A stretch of DNA of 64,000 bases from Vicugna vicugna (taxonomy: Eukaryota): positions 3,234,349 to 3,298,348 of the forward strand of contig MU059938.1 in NCBI GenBank assembly GCA_013265495.1, given 5' to 3'. The notes beneath the pieces are model-generated. The model had not been told where the DNA came from. It worked only from the letters and a program-made list of their open reading frames with translations, and did not search any database. This document shows positions 1 to 12,180 of the stretch, piece by piece. A program made the position numbers and the translations under genes. Each line of letters opens with the position of its first letter. The first letter of the stretch is position 1.

Positions 1-310
1 CTGGGCCGCACCGCCTCCTGCCGCCGCGCCGGGAAGCAGCGCCTCCCAGAGGCGCCGGCGGGCGCGCAGCGGCCGGGGAACCGGGAACCGGCCGGCGCTC
101 TCCCGGCCCCGCTGCTCGGCTACCCTGGGCGCCCTCAAGAATCCCGTCTCCCTGGCTTCCTACCCGGAACGCCTTCCCCAGCAGGCGGCGGAGAGTGTAC
201 GGGTTCCTGGGGAAGGATGCTTGAAAATTGGAGCAGTGGGGCGAGCCCGAGGGATGCGGGAGGAAAGAAAGACTTCATAGAAAGCAACCGCCGACCAAAA
301 GGATGCCTCT
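1..310. promoter_or_regulatory. CpG island edge; probable promoter or first-exon region of a gene extending left of the window
   Basis: Very high GC content and dense CpG (ccgcaccgcc, gccgccgcgccggg, ggcgccggcgggcgcgc) that decays after ~300. Repeat GGGAACC x2 near 76-89 and inverted repeat GCGCCTC-CCA-GAGGCGC at 39-55. No recognisable coding sequence. Confidence 0.85.
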
Positions 311-1819
311 CCCCGCCCATCTTCGACCCTCTGAGGCCCCAAATTTTCCTTCTACAAAGCATTTAAACAGGTTCCTTATTCCTTACACAGCCTTTCCCCA
401 AGGAGACACCCCCAATTCCCCAAGAATAAAGAGGAAATATTACAGTCAAGAAGACCATTGCTATTCTTCATGTCTGTCTCTGCTGAGAGAAGACACCGAT
501 CCCATACCCTCAGGAACCCTGTGCACATCCTCTCCTTGCTTCCCGAAGCCCCTTGCTTATGCTGAACAAAGCTTCCAAGAGATTCGATCACAGCGGGGAA
601 AAAAAGATTTTCTAATAGCTGAAGGAGAACCCGGTTAATTTGAGCTCCTAGTACCTAAAGTGATGTTACTCTCTTTTCGTGATGATGGGGTGGTGGTTTT
701 TAAGGAGCTGTCTCTTAGGGCTGGATGACTAGCAGAACCGCCAACTGTCCCAGCTGTAGATGAGAGACTTGAGGCAGGAAATGACCTTATTTCCAATTAG
801 CACAAGATTGTTAGTCCTTCCTTCAACTGCCCTCCCACACCCCAGCCCCAAGCTCCTGCTACCCCCAGGGAACTTCCCTGGACAACTCGGATTAAGATCT
901 GGAGTCCCTCTGCAGGCCCTCCAAGCCCGCGAAGCTGTGCTAACTCCCAAACGGTATTTCTGGTCCAAGCCACGCTCCCTGGCCTCAGAGCCTAAGCTGT
1001 GCTTCCAGAGAGTACCTCCCACCCCTTCCCCAGCCTGAGTCTCAGGGCCTGGCCAAGCTGGACAAACAGTTGCCTAGGGCAGCGAGCTGTTTAGTGATTG
1101 TTTATTATGGGAGTGACTGAAAGCTAGGGACAGACACTTCCCAGCTTCCCCCAGGCTGCAAAAAACTCCAGCGGGTGTGGACAAAGGGCATGGTTATAAC
1201 AAGGCAGAGTGAATGATCAAGTGGAAAATTTTAGACATTTGTTGTTTCAGATTTGTTTTTAATAAAAGGGGGAAGGGGCGTGGGTGGGACACGACTGTAC
1301 ATTCCTGAAGTCTCTCCCTCTCTCTGGTCTGCCAAAGATGAGACAGCTTTTCCAGATTTGACTTGTACCCCCTGCAGAATTTGGACAGGCCTGGGGCAGA
1401 GATGAGGTTTCAGTCGTATTCCAAATACAGTGACAACGATGCTGATAAATGCAGTGATGGAAGCCACATGCGACCCAGGGCTTCCCCCAGCCCGGGTTGC
1501 TGAGAGCAGCCATCCAAGGCCGGGATCCTTCTGTTGAGATCAGAGTGCAGATTTTCTCAGCCCCATATGTGGCATTGGGGCCGAGGGCATGGCCACCCGT
1601 CTACACGCTACCAGTTGTCCTGTGTGACCTTCGTGGGAGCTGCTTACTGTCCTTGTTCTTTTACATCCCTTTCTGCTTTGACACATCTTTCTTGTCCTGC
1701 CTGACCATTGCCGATTCCCTCATCCCACGCTCAGGGTTACTCAGTCCTACTGTCACATTCCATAGTGGTGGATACTGTGAGAAAATCTTTGGAGCTGAAA
1801 ATGAGAGAAAATTTGGATC

Positions 1820-1910
1820 CAGACCCCAGATCCATCACTTACCAGTGCCGTGGGCATATGGCTTAAGCTGACTGAATCTCAGTTTCTCGTTTAAAAAGGC
1901 AGAATAATGT
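1820..1910 (+). mobile_element. MIR SINE fragment
   Basis: ccagatccatcacttaccag...ctgaatctcagtttctcgtttaaaaaggcagaataat resembles the MIR core. Confidence 0.6.
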
Positions 1911-2199
1911 TTGTCTGCCCAGCCTCTTTGAATCGGGAAACTGTACATTGTGCTACATGTGTAACTTTTTTTTTTGCCTAAGTTCCACATTTCAGAATCC
2001 AACTGGAATCTAAAGTAGCCCCCTAAAACGTCGTCGTTGCGTATCCCTTGGTTTTATTTTCTTCCCAGCCCTCTCATTAGCTGAAATCCTTTAGCTGCCT
2101 GCTTGTTTACTGTATTCTTTGGAACTCCCTGAGTCCCTTGTTCGAGGTGGAAATACTACGAACCAGGACAATCTTAACATAAGGCAAATCAGGCCATCA

Positions 2200-2810
2200 T
2201 AAATCCTTTAACAACAACTGTCAGATCATGTAGTTCTCTGCAATTACAAAGCCCTCAAGGGATCCCTCTCTTAGAATATGAGCCAAAGCCCTTACAAGGA
2301 CCTATAAGGTCCTGCAGGATCTTCCCTAACTGCCCCCACCTCTCCTGGCCAGGCCCCTTTCCCCTCATTCTCTGCCAATAACTCTCTTGCTGCATCCTAG
2401 TCTACTCAATCTTCTCTAGCTAGGCTGGTTTCCTTGCTGTTTCTCGTACATGCCAAACATGGCCCTGCCTCAGGGCCTTTGCACATGCTCGGCTAGTCTG
2501 CCTTTGGTATTCACACCACACGCTCCCTCACTTCCTTTAAGCCTCTTCTCAAATGCTACCTTACTATTGAGGCTACCTTCGTCCTCCCTAAATAAAATAG
2601 CAACCCCTCCCCAGTTTTCCTGTCCCTTCAACTGCTTTATTTATTTTTCCTTAACACTGATTGACATCTGCATAGTAAATATTGATTTGTCAGTTTATCA
2701 TTTATCTGTTGCATCTAGAATGTGATCTCCATGAGGCAAGGACACAGTCTTTTAGTTCACTGCTGTATCAACAGCACCTGCAACAGTGCCCATCACTAAA
2801 TAAGTAGTTT
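2200..2810 (+). mobile_element. L2 LINE 3' portion
   Basis: ctagaatgtgatctccatgaggcaagg...ttcactgctgtatcaacagcacctgcaacagtgcc matches the L2 3' end. Confidence 0.8.
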
Positions 2811-3011
2811 TTGAGCTAATTGATTAATCTGATCCCATTGTCTGTAGGGCAAATAGAGAACATTCAAGGCTAGAGTTCTAGTATCACATACAGACACAAA
2901 GCTAAAGCTATCCCAGTGGCTCAAGCCTTGCTTAATTTCCTCTTTTAGGAGTAATTTTCCCCCGGGCTGACTAAAGTCCTGAAAACAGCATGGCACCCAT
3001 GGAACCCAAAA

Positions 3012-3195
3012 GCTGTGGATTCTCATCTTGGCTCTGCCACTTACTTCATAACCCTGAGCAAGTCACTTCTCCCTAAGCTTCGGATTCTCATTGGGAATCA
3101 GGAGTAACTGTAATATATGTTGTGCTCAGCCCACTGGGTTACTGTGAGAATCAAATAAGAACAAACGGAGAATATATCAGAAAGCGCTTCACAGT
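3012..3195 (+). mobile_element. MIR SINE
   Basis: ggctctgccacttact...ctgagcaagtcactt...gttactgtgagaatcaaataag matches the MIR core and tail. Confidence 0.75.
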
Positions 3196-4467
3196 CCAGA
3201 ATGCATGTGGCAAATGTAAGATTTGATCGTCACACTCTTGGACAAACAGGGACACCGTGCAAGAGCTCATGTTTGCAAGTCGACAGCACTGCACACATGC
3301 AGTATCAGCCACCAAAGACACAACGGGTTCCAGATGCTTTACCGGAATGGTTATTGACTATTGTGAGCAAACAGGAGAAGGGAAGAGGGAAAACGCACCG
3401 AGGGGCAAAAGGCAAAGAAGACTTTTTTGTAATGTATAAAGCACCAAAGGCACAAATGCCTTTCAAGGGTCTGTAATTGTATTTGCTGTAGGAGAATAAC
3501 AATTGATGGAGTCCAAAATGAACACAAACTCATATTGAAATTAATAGATGCTTAAATTCTCTAAAATGTACCTTTAGGTTGACTGTCAAGGCAATCCAAT
3601 CTTCGTAAAGTCATCCATAATTTTTATTTGACGTGGGCACATTGTAATGTTTTCGTGACATGTGATGGGCTGTCTAACAGTAAGCATTCTGGGCTCCCAG
3701 AAAGGTTGGGAAACTCTGCTCAGGGTGTGCTGATTGGTTGTAGAAGGTGGGACAAGACAAGCAGGCTAAATTAGGGCAGCTTGGAGGAGTGGAGAGCTTC
3801 CCAGCCAGGGAACAGTAGCCCGGGTTCTAGTTCCTTCTCTGCCAGGAAATCCGGGAAACGTGAAGCAGGTGGTTTCTGAACGCCAGGCCTTAAGCATTTC
3901 ATCTGAGAAACCCAGGGTAGGATTTGGTAATACCTTTCCACCTGAAACAGTCAGGGATGCCCTGTGTAACCAAGGAGGTGCAGGAGGGGAGGAGCTTAGG
4001 AGGGAGGAAGCGGGAAATCCACTGAGAAGGGAAAGAAAACTGGAGTGGAAGGGAGAAGCTCCCCCAAGCTCCTCCCAGCAGGGCAACCAACCAGGAAACC
4101 TGTCTACAGGCAACTGTGGCACAGATGTGCGCCGTCCTGAGCCAGCTGCTTTCTACACACCATCTCTGTGAGCCTCCCAAGGTTCCTAGGACTTCAGTAC
4201 CAGCCTTATTCCCCGTGTCAAATGAGGAAACGGAAACTCAGTCCTGGGAAGGGGCTTCCTGCAACTCATTCATTCATTCCTTGAACAAATATTTACTGAG
4301 AAGCTACTCTGCATAAGGCCTGGTGCCAGACACCAAGGGTGTTTGTCTGTAGTCCTTTGTCATTTACAAAACGCTTTCATGAGAAGAATTTTGCTTGAGC
4401 ATCATCAGACCGCTGAGTTCAGAGGAGAACATTATCCCTGTTCTACTAGTGAGAATTTAAGACTAGC

Positions 4468-4672
4468 TCAGGCATTCTTAGCCGGGTACAGCTGAGATCT
4501 CGCTCAGCGTAATTCTTTATAGCAGGGGGCTGGCCTGTGCACTGTAGGATGTTTGGCCACATGCCAATAGTGCCAATAGTGCTCCTCACTCCCGCCTGCA
4601 TCCCCCATCGACACCTAAAATATCTTCAGATATTGCTAAGTGCCTCTATGAGACAACATCACCCCTTGTCAT
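4468..4672 (-). mobile_element. MER20 (hAT-Charlie) DNA transposon
   Basis: aattctttatagcagggggctggcctgtgcactgtaggatgttt...aaatatcttcagatattgctaagtg is the reverse complement of the MER20 consensus as I recall it. Confidence 0.75.
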
Positions 4673-4859
4673 AATCCATTAATCCAGTTAAATGACTTAC
4701 CCAAGGTCAGCTGATTTCCAAGTGGGGAATTTAGAATTTGACCCTCATCTTCTGACTCCATGCCAGGGCTTTGCCACAACCCTGCAGCTTCCTTTAGAGA
4801 ATCTAGCTGATCTCCCTTCTGCAAGACAGACTGATCAAAAAACCTCCTAGACATTAATT

Positions 4860-5630
4860 TAAGAAACTTTCACTAAGAACTTCATATGTTCAAGGCCCTA
4901 TTCTAGGCACTCAGGACACACAGTGTTAAAATTAGACAGGGTGTCTGCTCTCATTCTAATAGGGGAGACACCAAACAACAATGAATAAGTAAGCAAGGTA
5001 ATTTGAGACAGTTCCATGGAGAAAGTAAAAGGATAATGGCATAGACTGAGATGAGGAAGAGCAAAGAGGCTCACTTTAAATAGTATGACCAGTGAGGAGA
5101 TAACCTTTCAGCTGATATCCAGTTGTGACAAGAGAGTCCTTCAGAAGATTGTACCAGGCAAAGTGTCTGGCCAGAACAAAGGTCCTGGGGCAGAAGTGAG
5201 TCCAAAGAATTAGACCAGTGGTTTTCAAACTTCAGCAGGCATGGGGATCACTAGATGGGTTGGTTCAAAGGCAAATCATTGGGGCCCAACTCCAGAGTTT
5301 CAGATTCAGTAGATCTAGGGTGTGACCCAAGAATTTGCATTTCTAGCAACTTCTTGGGTAACGCTGATGTTGCAGATCCAGGGACCGCACTTTGAGAACC
5401 ACTAAGTTAGAGCATCAACAGAAAGGCTTTCTGGAGTGTGCTGAGGGCAGGGAAGGGGAGCAGGAGGGAGATCAGAGAAGTTGCAGGCACTTTAGCATGT
5501 CCTGGCGCTGCAAGCGGGGCTAAGTGTTGGGATGTTATTTTTGGTGGGGTGGATAAGCCTTGGAGGATTTTAAGCAGGGGAATGGTATGATCTGATTTCC
5601 ATTTTTAACAGCTCCCTCTAGCTGATGGTA
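4860..5630 (-). mobile_element. L2 LINE (antisense), interrupted by MER5A
   Basis: caaggccctattctaggcactcaggacac... and ggattttaagcaggggaatggtatgatctgatttc are typical antisense L2 segments. Confidence 0.7.
5216..5404. mobile_element. MER5A (hAT-Charlie) non-autonomous DNA transposon
   Basis: Termini CAGTGGTTTTCAAAC...TTTGAGAACCACT and internal gattcagtagatctaggg...aatttgcatttct. Degenerate 8-bp TSD aattagac / agttagag. Confidence 0.9.
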
Positions 5631-8057
5631 GGGCAAAAGTAGAAGCAAGGAGTCAAGTTTATCTATCTACTACATATTTCAGAAGTCTTTATTCCTTACA
5701 GTAACAATGGTTGTAAGCCAAGAGAGCAAGCCAGGAGAGAAGGGAAACTTTTAAGTCCTGTTTTTGTGATACAGAAACAATGACACTCAAAGTCAAGCAA
5801 ATAAGCCACTGGACAATTAGCCTGTGACTTCTAATCAGGTAAGATAGCTTGCCTTAGTATTTATTAAAACTGCACATTTAAACAGAGAAGTTTCTCTACG
5901 GTCTTAACTTTAATGTTTGATATAGTCCAAGTCATATATATTTATATTTTGTTGTGTCTTCCATGTGTGTTTCGCAGGAACTAGCTGCTATTTTCAGTGA
6001 CAGGACATCCTCTTGTTAGTGAGTGTTTTCTGAGAGACAAAGGGTGACAAAGAAGTTGCCCTTATCTCCGTCTGGATGCCATCCTAGGAGCCTTATAAAA
6101 GTTTTACTGACCCCTGGTGGAAGACACAGATGCTCTACCCTGCTTGCTTGTCTTGGTAGCTTCCGTTCTCTCCAGAGACTTCCATTTCTATAACCATGCA
6201 TGCGCCACACAGCCTAAGCTCCACATGGAAAGAAATGATCACCAGAAAACTGGCTCCATGGTATAATTTACTAGGGGAGGAAGGAGCTAAATGTGTGTAG
6301 GTCCCTGTTAACATTTGTACATCCATTTATGGATGAGCAACAGAGAGAAGATGAGAAATGCAAATGTCAACTATTGAAGGTAATGAAATCAGGAAAACAC
6401 CCACAATTCAAGCCAATTTTCCCCATTAGATTGTAACATTTTTTTTTTTGTTACACAATAGTCTGTCAATGCTCCCTTCACTTAAAAAAAAACTAACTTC
6501 TGATGCCTGGTAGAATCAAGTTTGTCTTATATTCTATCCACAGAAAATCTTGTATCACCCGGCACTTCTGTGCTACTGTGGTACCGTCTTTATTGACGTC
6601 CACCCTGATAAACAAGAAACCCTGCAAGATCTTGCGATACCTACCAGCTAGCTCGCGGGAGGTTAAATCATGTCCAGCCCTATCTATTTCAGTGATTTAA
6701 GTGTGCTTCATGATTGTCAAAATCATTTCAGGTTGGTGACCCATGTCTTCTATATGGGGTAACTTGTTATTAGCAAGGTGATAATATGGTCCGTAGTGCT
6801 AGTTATTTGAATGATGCTCCAAGGTTGTTCTTTGGTCAAATTTCCTCTATATCTAGAGATCCTGGATTCCTGAAGTCTTAAGAGGAAGTCTCCAAGTCAG
6901 TTTCCAGGAGCCGGTAGACTTTCTAAATCGGTAAAAATGAACACATAAATCTACCAGAGTCTGCATAACTGGGATTGCCCTCTGGCCGAGATAAACCTTC
7001 ATTCTGAAAACTTGCAATAGAAACAAACAAAACCATTGCTTGAATTATAAACTCCACATAACTGTAGGTGCACCACAGTATATTAACCTCCCAGCAAGTC
7101 TAGCTCTACCTGTCTCTTCAGACACGTTTATTCTTCATTTCCCACAGACTGATCCTGTTATGGAAGTGTAGACAGCTCAGGAACTCCAAGAAACAAGGTA
7201 TGAAGAAGGCTCATATTTAAATATATGTCAATATATTTATATGTAAATTTCAGCATAGGCTTTGTCTCTTTGAAAACCTGAATATTTAAATGTCACAAAA
7301 GCAAAAAGCAGACTAAAAATACACGTTCTGGCTTTCATGGAGCCTTGAGAAGGGAATTGCCCACAGAGATATATTCTCATTTTCCCTAATTGTTCTCTTC
7401 TGCCGGGAAGGAACCTACCCTTGCTACTGGCCCAATAATTCCTCATCACAGGGGAAAAACGTAGACTTTAGTCCTGTTTAAGACTGGATAAGCCTGGTTC
7501 CTTTCTTGTTCTTTCAGGCCTGTGGAGGCTTGTTGTTAATAGGAGCCCCCAGTCAAAGATCGCTCCAGGCACAAAGCAGACGGCCCCTCCTTCCTACTTC
7601 TTGTACCATTACCCCCCTCTCACAAGTCAACAACTTCTCCATCTAAGCTCAGATCTGACCTGTCACCTCCCCTTGGCTTGTCTGATCTTGGAATGCCTTG
7701 CAACAGGACCTGCGATTGCTGTAAATTACAAGCTGCCTTGACGAGAAGAATGCTAGTCCTTTGGGGGTTTAGGAAGAGACCACCAAACCTGTTTCCAAGG
7801 GTGAGAACACTCACATCACTTGGAGGTGGTGGGACGTTCTACTGCACAACGTGGGGCCCCTGGGTGGGGGGCGGGGCCATGGTGAATGACCCACCGCTTG
7901 TCCATAGCCCATCTCCTATTTGGTGGATATCGTCTCCCGAGAAACCTTTCTGATATTTCCCTGTCTGATCTGGTGTTCTAATGTCATTTAGCTGTTCAGC
8001 TGTGTACACTTCTATTTGTGCAGAATATTTGCTCAATGAGCTGCATTCCACTGGGGG

Positions 8058-8278
8058 CAGGAGAGTAGCGTGGTTAAACCTAAGAGCTTTGGGGCCCAAC
8101 CTCCCCTGGGTTCAGTCATGATTCTGCACCAACCTGGCAGGTTAATTAAGGGCTCTCAGCCTCAGTTTCCCCATCTGCTCTCCCAGATGATAATTACTTC
8201 GGCTGTATGTGAAATAACGCATATAAAACACTTAATACAGCGCCCAGCACCTAGGAGGAGATACTTTGTAAATGTTAA
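8058..8278 (+). mobile_element. MIR SINE
   Basis: gtagcgtggttaaa...agctttgggg...agcctcagtttccccatctg...aaaacacttaatacagcgccc. Confidence 0.8.
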
Positions 8279-8459
8279 ATACTGTAATGGCCTCCCACTC
8301 TCCATCCCTTCCCAGCTCTCTCACAGCCCCTTGGAATTAAAGCGACTTGGTTTCAGGTTCTGTTTTTCATCAGTTCCATCTTCTAGAATTTGAATCCTGA
8401 TTAAGTTTGGCATTTCAGCAAATCGTGCTGAAGTGCTACGGAGGCTGTGAAGGGACATG

Positions 8460-8990
8460 TCCATTCATTCATTTATCCACCCATGACAAATACTTATCGC
8501 ATGCCTACTATGTCCCAGGGAGAGCCCTGGGCACTGGGCGTGTTCCAGGTGAGAACAGCAGACCGAGTGTTAGCCCGGAAAGGCTGCGAAGTCTACCCAG
8601 GGAGACATACGGGTAAGTAAACCAATTAAGTAAGTGCCAGATTCCAGTGCTGTTGGGGACGAGACAAGTGCACTGAAAGGGAGGCATTATTTAAACAGAG
8701 TGGCCAGGAAGACTTCCCTGCGGAAGCAGGTAAACAGAGACGTAAAGGGTGAGAAGGATCCTGTGTTGCAAAGGGGGAAATGGGGAGGGAAATTTCAGAG
8801 AGAAGACAGAGCAGATGCCGACAACCGACGGCCGGGCGGACTACAGGCTGCCCAAGTAGGAGCAGAAGACAGGACCAAGGGGCCGGAGCCTTGTGAATAA
8901 GACGCCAAGCCCTGCATGCTGTCTAAGGAGGCTGTCTGTGATGACAGGTCTGCCGGTTTCCTATAGCAAAAGGAAGCTGCAGAGACTCAG
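8460..8990 (-). mobile_element. L2 LINE (antisense 3' end)
   Basis: cattcattcatttatcc...aaatacttatcgcatgcctactatgtcccagg is the reverse complement of the L2 tail. Confidence 0.75.
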
Positions 8991-9149
8991 AAAAACTGAG
9001 GTGAAGCTTTGGGGACAATCAGTTTCCAATTCCCCCATTTACTATGGCTCACCCTAATGCCTTCATCCACCATAGAACTGACACCTTCTGGGCTCCAGAA
9101 GTCATCCCCAGCATTTTAACCTTTGCTTGTGTTTATTCTTTTACATGCC

Positions 9150-9272
9150 CATCTCCTAGGACAAGAGTCCCAGGAGAAGTGAACTATGTCTTACTAATCT
9201 TCATAACTCCAACATCCAGTACAATGCCTCACCCTCAGTTGGTACCTTACAAATGTTTGTTGAATGAATGAA
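9150..9272 (+). mobile_element. L2 3' tail
   Basis: ccagtacaatgcc...acaaatgtttgttgaatgaatgaat. Confidence 0.7.
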
Positions 9273-9283
9273 TCATCACTAAG

Positions 9284-9505
9284 TTACCATACTCATTGTG
9301 GCCGGGCAATACACTCAGTGTTTTAAGTATATTAATTAATTCAACTAATCTTGACATACCTATAGGTATGTACTCTTGTTACTAACATTTTATAGAAGAA
9401 ATGACAGCCCAGAGAGGTTAAGAGCCTCAAGCTGTTACAGCTGGGACACGGCTGAGCTAGGATTTGAACTCAGGCATTCTGGCTCCAAAGACCCCGCTCT
9501 TAATT
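9284..9505 (-). mobile_element. MIR SINE (antisense)
   Basis: cattttatagaagaaatgacagcccagagaggttaag...ctaggatttgaactcaggcattctggctcc. Confidence 0.8.
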
Positions 9506-9613
9506 TAGTCACAAGCAGTGCTTCTCAAACCACCTTGTATGACCGTCGCCTAGGAAACATGTTAAAATACACATTCCAGGGCCCCATGTGCAGAGTTTCC
9601 CATTCAGTGGTTC

Positions 9614-10030
9614 TGTTAGTTATCTACCACTGCACAACGAATTCACCAGAAATTAGAGGCTGAAAACAATGAACCTTTCTCATCTCCCAGTTTCTGGGAG
9701 TCAGTAATCCGGGCACAGCTTAGTCAGGTTCTCTGGCTCCGAGTCTTTCCAGTCGCATGTCAGGGGCGGGTGTTATTCAGGGCTTGACTAGCGGGGTATG
9801 GGATCCAGTTCCCTGCTCACTCACGGGGCTGTGGGTGGACCTCGGGTCTTTGTGGCCTCTGGACCTGAGACATCAGTTTCTTGGCACGGAGGCCTCCCCC
9901 AAAGGGTGGTCACAACATGGCAGCAGGCTTCCTTCACAGCGAGTGAGTGAGTGACAGAGAACATCCAAGCCTCTAGCCAAGTCTTTGTGTGACCTCAGCT
10001 AGGATGTGACATCACGTTGCCTAGTCCTAG
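9614..10030 (-). mobile_element. MLT1-family (MaLR) solo LTR, next to a MER5 fragment at about 9516-9610
   Basis: tgttagttatctaccactgcacaacgaattcaccagaaattagaggctgaaaacaa...ctcccagtttctgggagtcagtaatccgggcacagcttag is typical antisense MLT1. Confidence 0.75.
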
Positions 10031-12034
10031 CGACTGCCCATCCCCGGGTGCGACGTGAGAACTTGTATTTCTACCAAATTCTCAAGTGGTGATGGTGCTG
10101 CCCCAAGAAGACCAGACTGTGAAAAGCAGCAGGACACGGCAGTGGGGGAAGGGAGGGGCGCGAGGAGGGAGGAAGGAAGGAAGAAGGAAACAAAGGAACC
10201 AGTGAATGCCATCCCTGACTGGATCATGTGTTTCATTTACTTAGGGCCTTTCTCCACCCTGGCCAGTCCTCACTGCCACCTGTACGTCCTGTCAAAAATT
10301 GTCAAGAAGGTGACTATGAACCTAGGAAACCAGATGTCCACCCTATCACTCCTTGGAAAAGGGTGGCTGGACTCAAAGTGGGTACATCCTGTTTTTCACT
10401 TCCCATAAGTCTCACCTCCAGGGGACAGAAAACATTTCCCTGACAGCCCCAATCCCTGCCTGGGGAGTTACAGTCTCACAAAGCAAAGAGGGAGAATTCC
10501 GGGAGATGCTCTTTCCTGCTCCCTGCTTTTCAGAAGGCGTAGTCAGAGGACTGCACTTCAGGTGCTCTGCCTGCCTAAATCAGACAGGACTCTCCAGTAG
10601 GGCTTCCCCTGGAGTGATTTCCCTGCCTTTGCTTCCCGACCACTGGCTGTGTCCGACACCCTGCTGCCTGGCCAGGGAGCAGCGGAGGGGCGGCTCTGGA
10701 GTCCTGGCCCCAGGGCTCACTCTCACTGGCGACTGGAGAAACTTCGTGCAGCACACTTCCCCTTCCCCGCCTGGAAGGAGGAGTGCTTGCTGCAGCTGAA
10801 CAGCTGCTCAGGGTGCAGGGAGGCGAACGTTACTAAATATATGTTCTTCTTGTACATTGGTGTGTCAAGAAAAATTCTATCTCCATGCTTTCCACTTGGG
10901 TGTTCTTTAAAAAACAAAAACAAAAAAAAGTCCTTACAGGAGCCCAGTGCACCCCTCAACTCCTGCCCCCCCAACTCTAGATGAAGAATGCAGTTGCAGC
11001 CTAATTCATTTTTCTCCCCACACCCTTAAGATAAATGCCCCCTTATCACATTCTGACAGCTTCTGGTACATTCTACCGGTCCCACTACACCCACCACTTG
11101 GGTCTCTGGGTATCTTAGCCTTCCAGGCTTGTTTCCAAGAACAGCCTTCCTCAGTGTGGAACTCAGGGTAACATGTTTGAGACAGTCAGGGCAGAAGTTT
11201 GCCTCTTTAAAATGCAGGCAAGTTATTACCATGGCGTTCCTGCCGTCTGTCCTTTCTGTCTGAATCATAAATCAATTTCCAGAAAACTATAAGCATATTG
11301 TATGTGTTCTATGCATGTGTGTGTAGCCAATGTATGGCCTTAAATCAGATCATTCCTATTATGGTGATTGACATGTTTCTATGAGGAAGCTCAGTTGCTG
11401 ATTTGGGAGCACTGAGATCCTTCCCTTAATTGAAAAGTAAGTGACTTGCACCAGTTGGTCTTTTAACGTAAGGTGGGAAATTGATTTTTAAATATATGAA
11501 GCCCAGCCTCCTAAATGTTCTGTTAGCTGCCAACACGGGATTAACCTGGCCCCACAATTATTCCCATTATTCCCTGCAAACCAATCCTTACCTCTTCTTT
11601 TCTTTACTCACTTTGGAAGCCAGAATTCCCTACCTATCCCAGCACATAATTGTGTGCAATAAATATTTGTTGAGAGAGTGGCTAAATGGAGAAATCCATA
11701 TCTCAGCAAAGCTAATTAAAATAAAATGTCTCTAAAAACTCAATAAAAATGTTTATTAAAAAATAATAATAAAATAAAATAAAATGAAGTTGATAGATGG
11801 TTTAAGACAAGTCTTGCTTTAAGACCAACTGGTTTACTGAAATGTGACCCAAAATGGATCACTTGAGCAATGTTGACTAATGCTGAAGAAGGAATCTGTA
11901 TCCAGTGAAAGTTTCCCATTATTGAATCCTCTCCATGTGAAGTTGATCATTACCTCTGGTATCACTCCCTCCTTGTCCATGCCTCTGTAGTACTGCTGCT
12001 CCCTTCTTATTTCTATTGTTGACTTGGACACTAG

Positions 12035-12180
12035 GAGACTCAGGTGGACAGTTAACTTCATAAGGACAAGGATGATCTATTTTTCACCTCTGTTTCCTGG
12101 TCACCTAGCACACTGCCTGACATATTGATAAGTGTTCACTAAACTCCTGTTGAACGAATGGATAAAGGAATGAGTGAATC
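12035..12180 (+). mobile_element. L2 3' tail
   Basis: cctagcacactgcctgacatattgataagtgttcactaaactcctgttgaacgaatgg. Confidence 0.65.

Noticed and set aside
135-1038. ORFs of 75-136 aa next to the CpG island
   Set aside because: No recognisable family. They overlap on both strands in GC-rich sequence and have no convincing splice structure.
3490-3720. Possible hAT/Charlie remnant ending aaaggttgggaaactctg
   Set aside because: Only one terminus-like end; the family could not be assigned.
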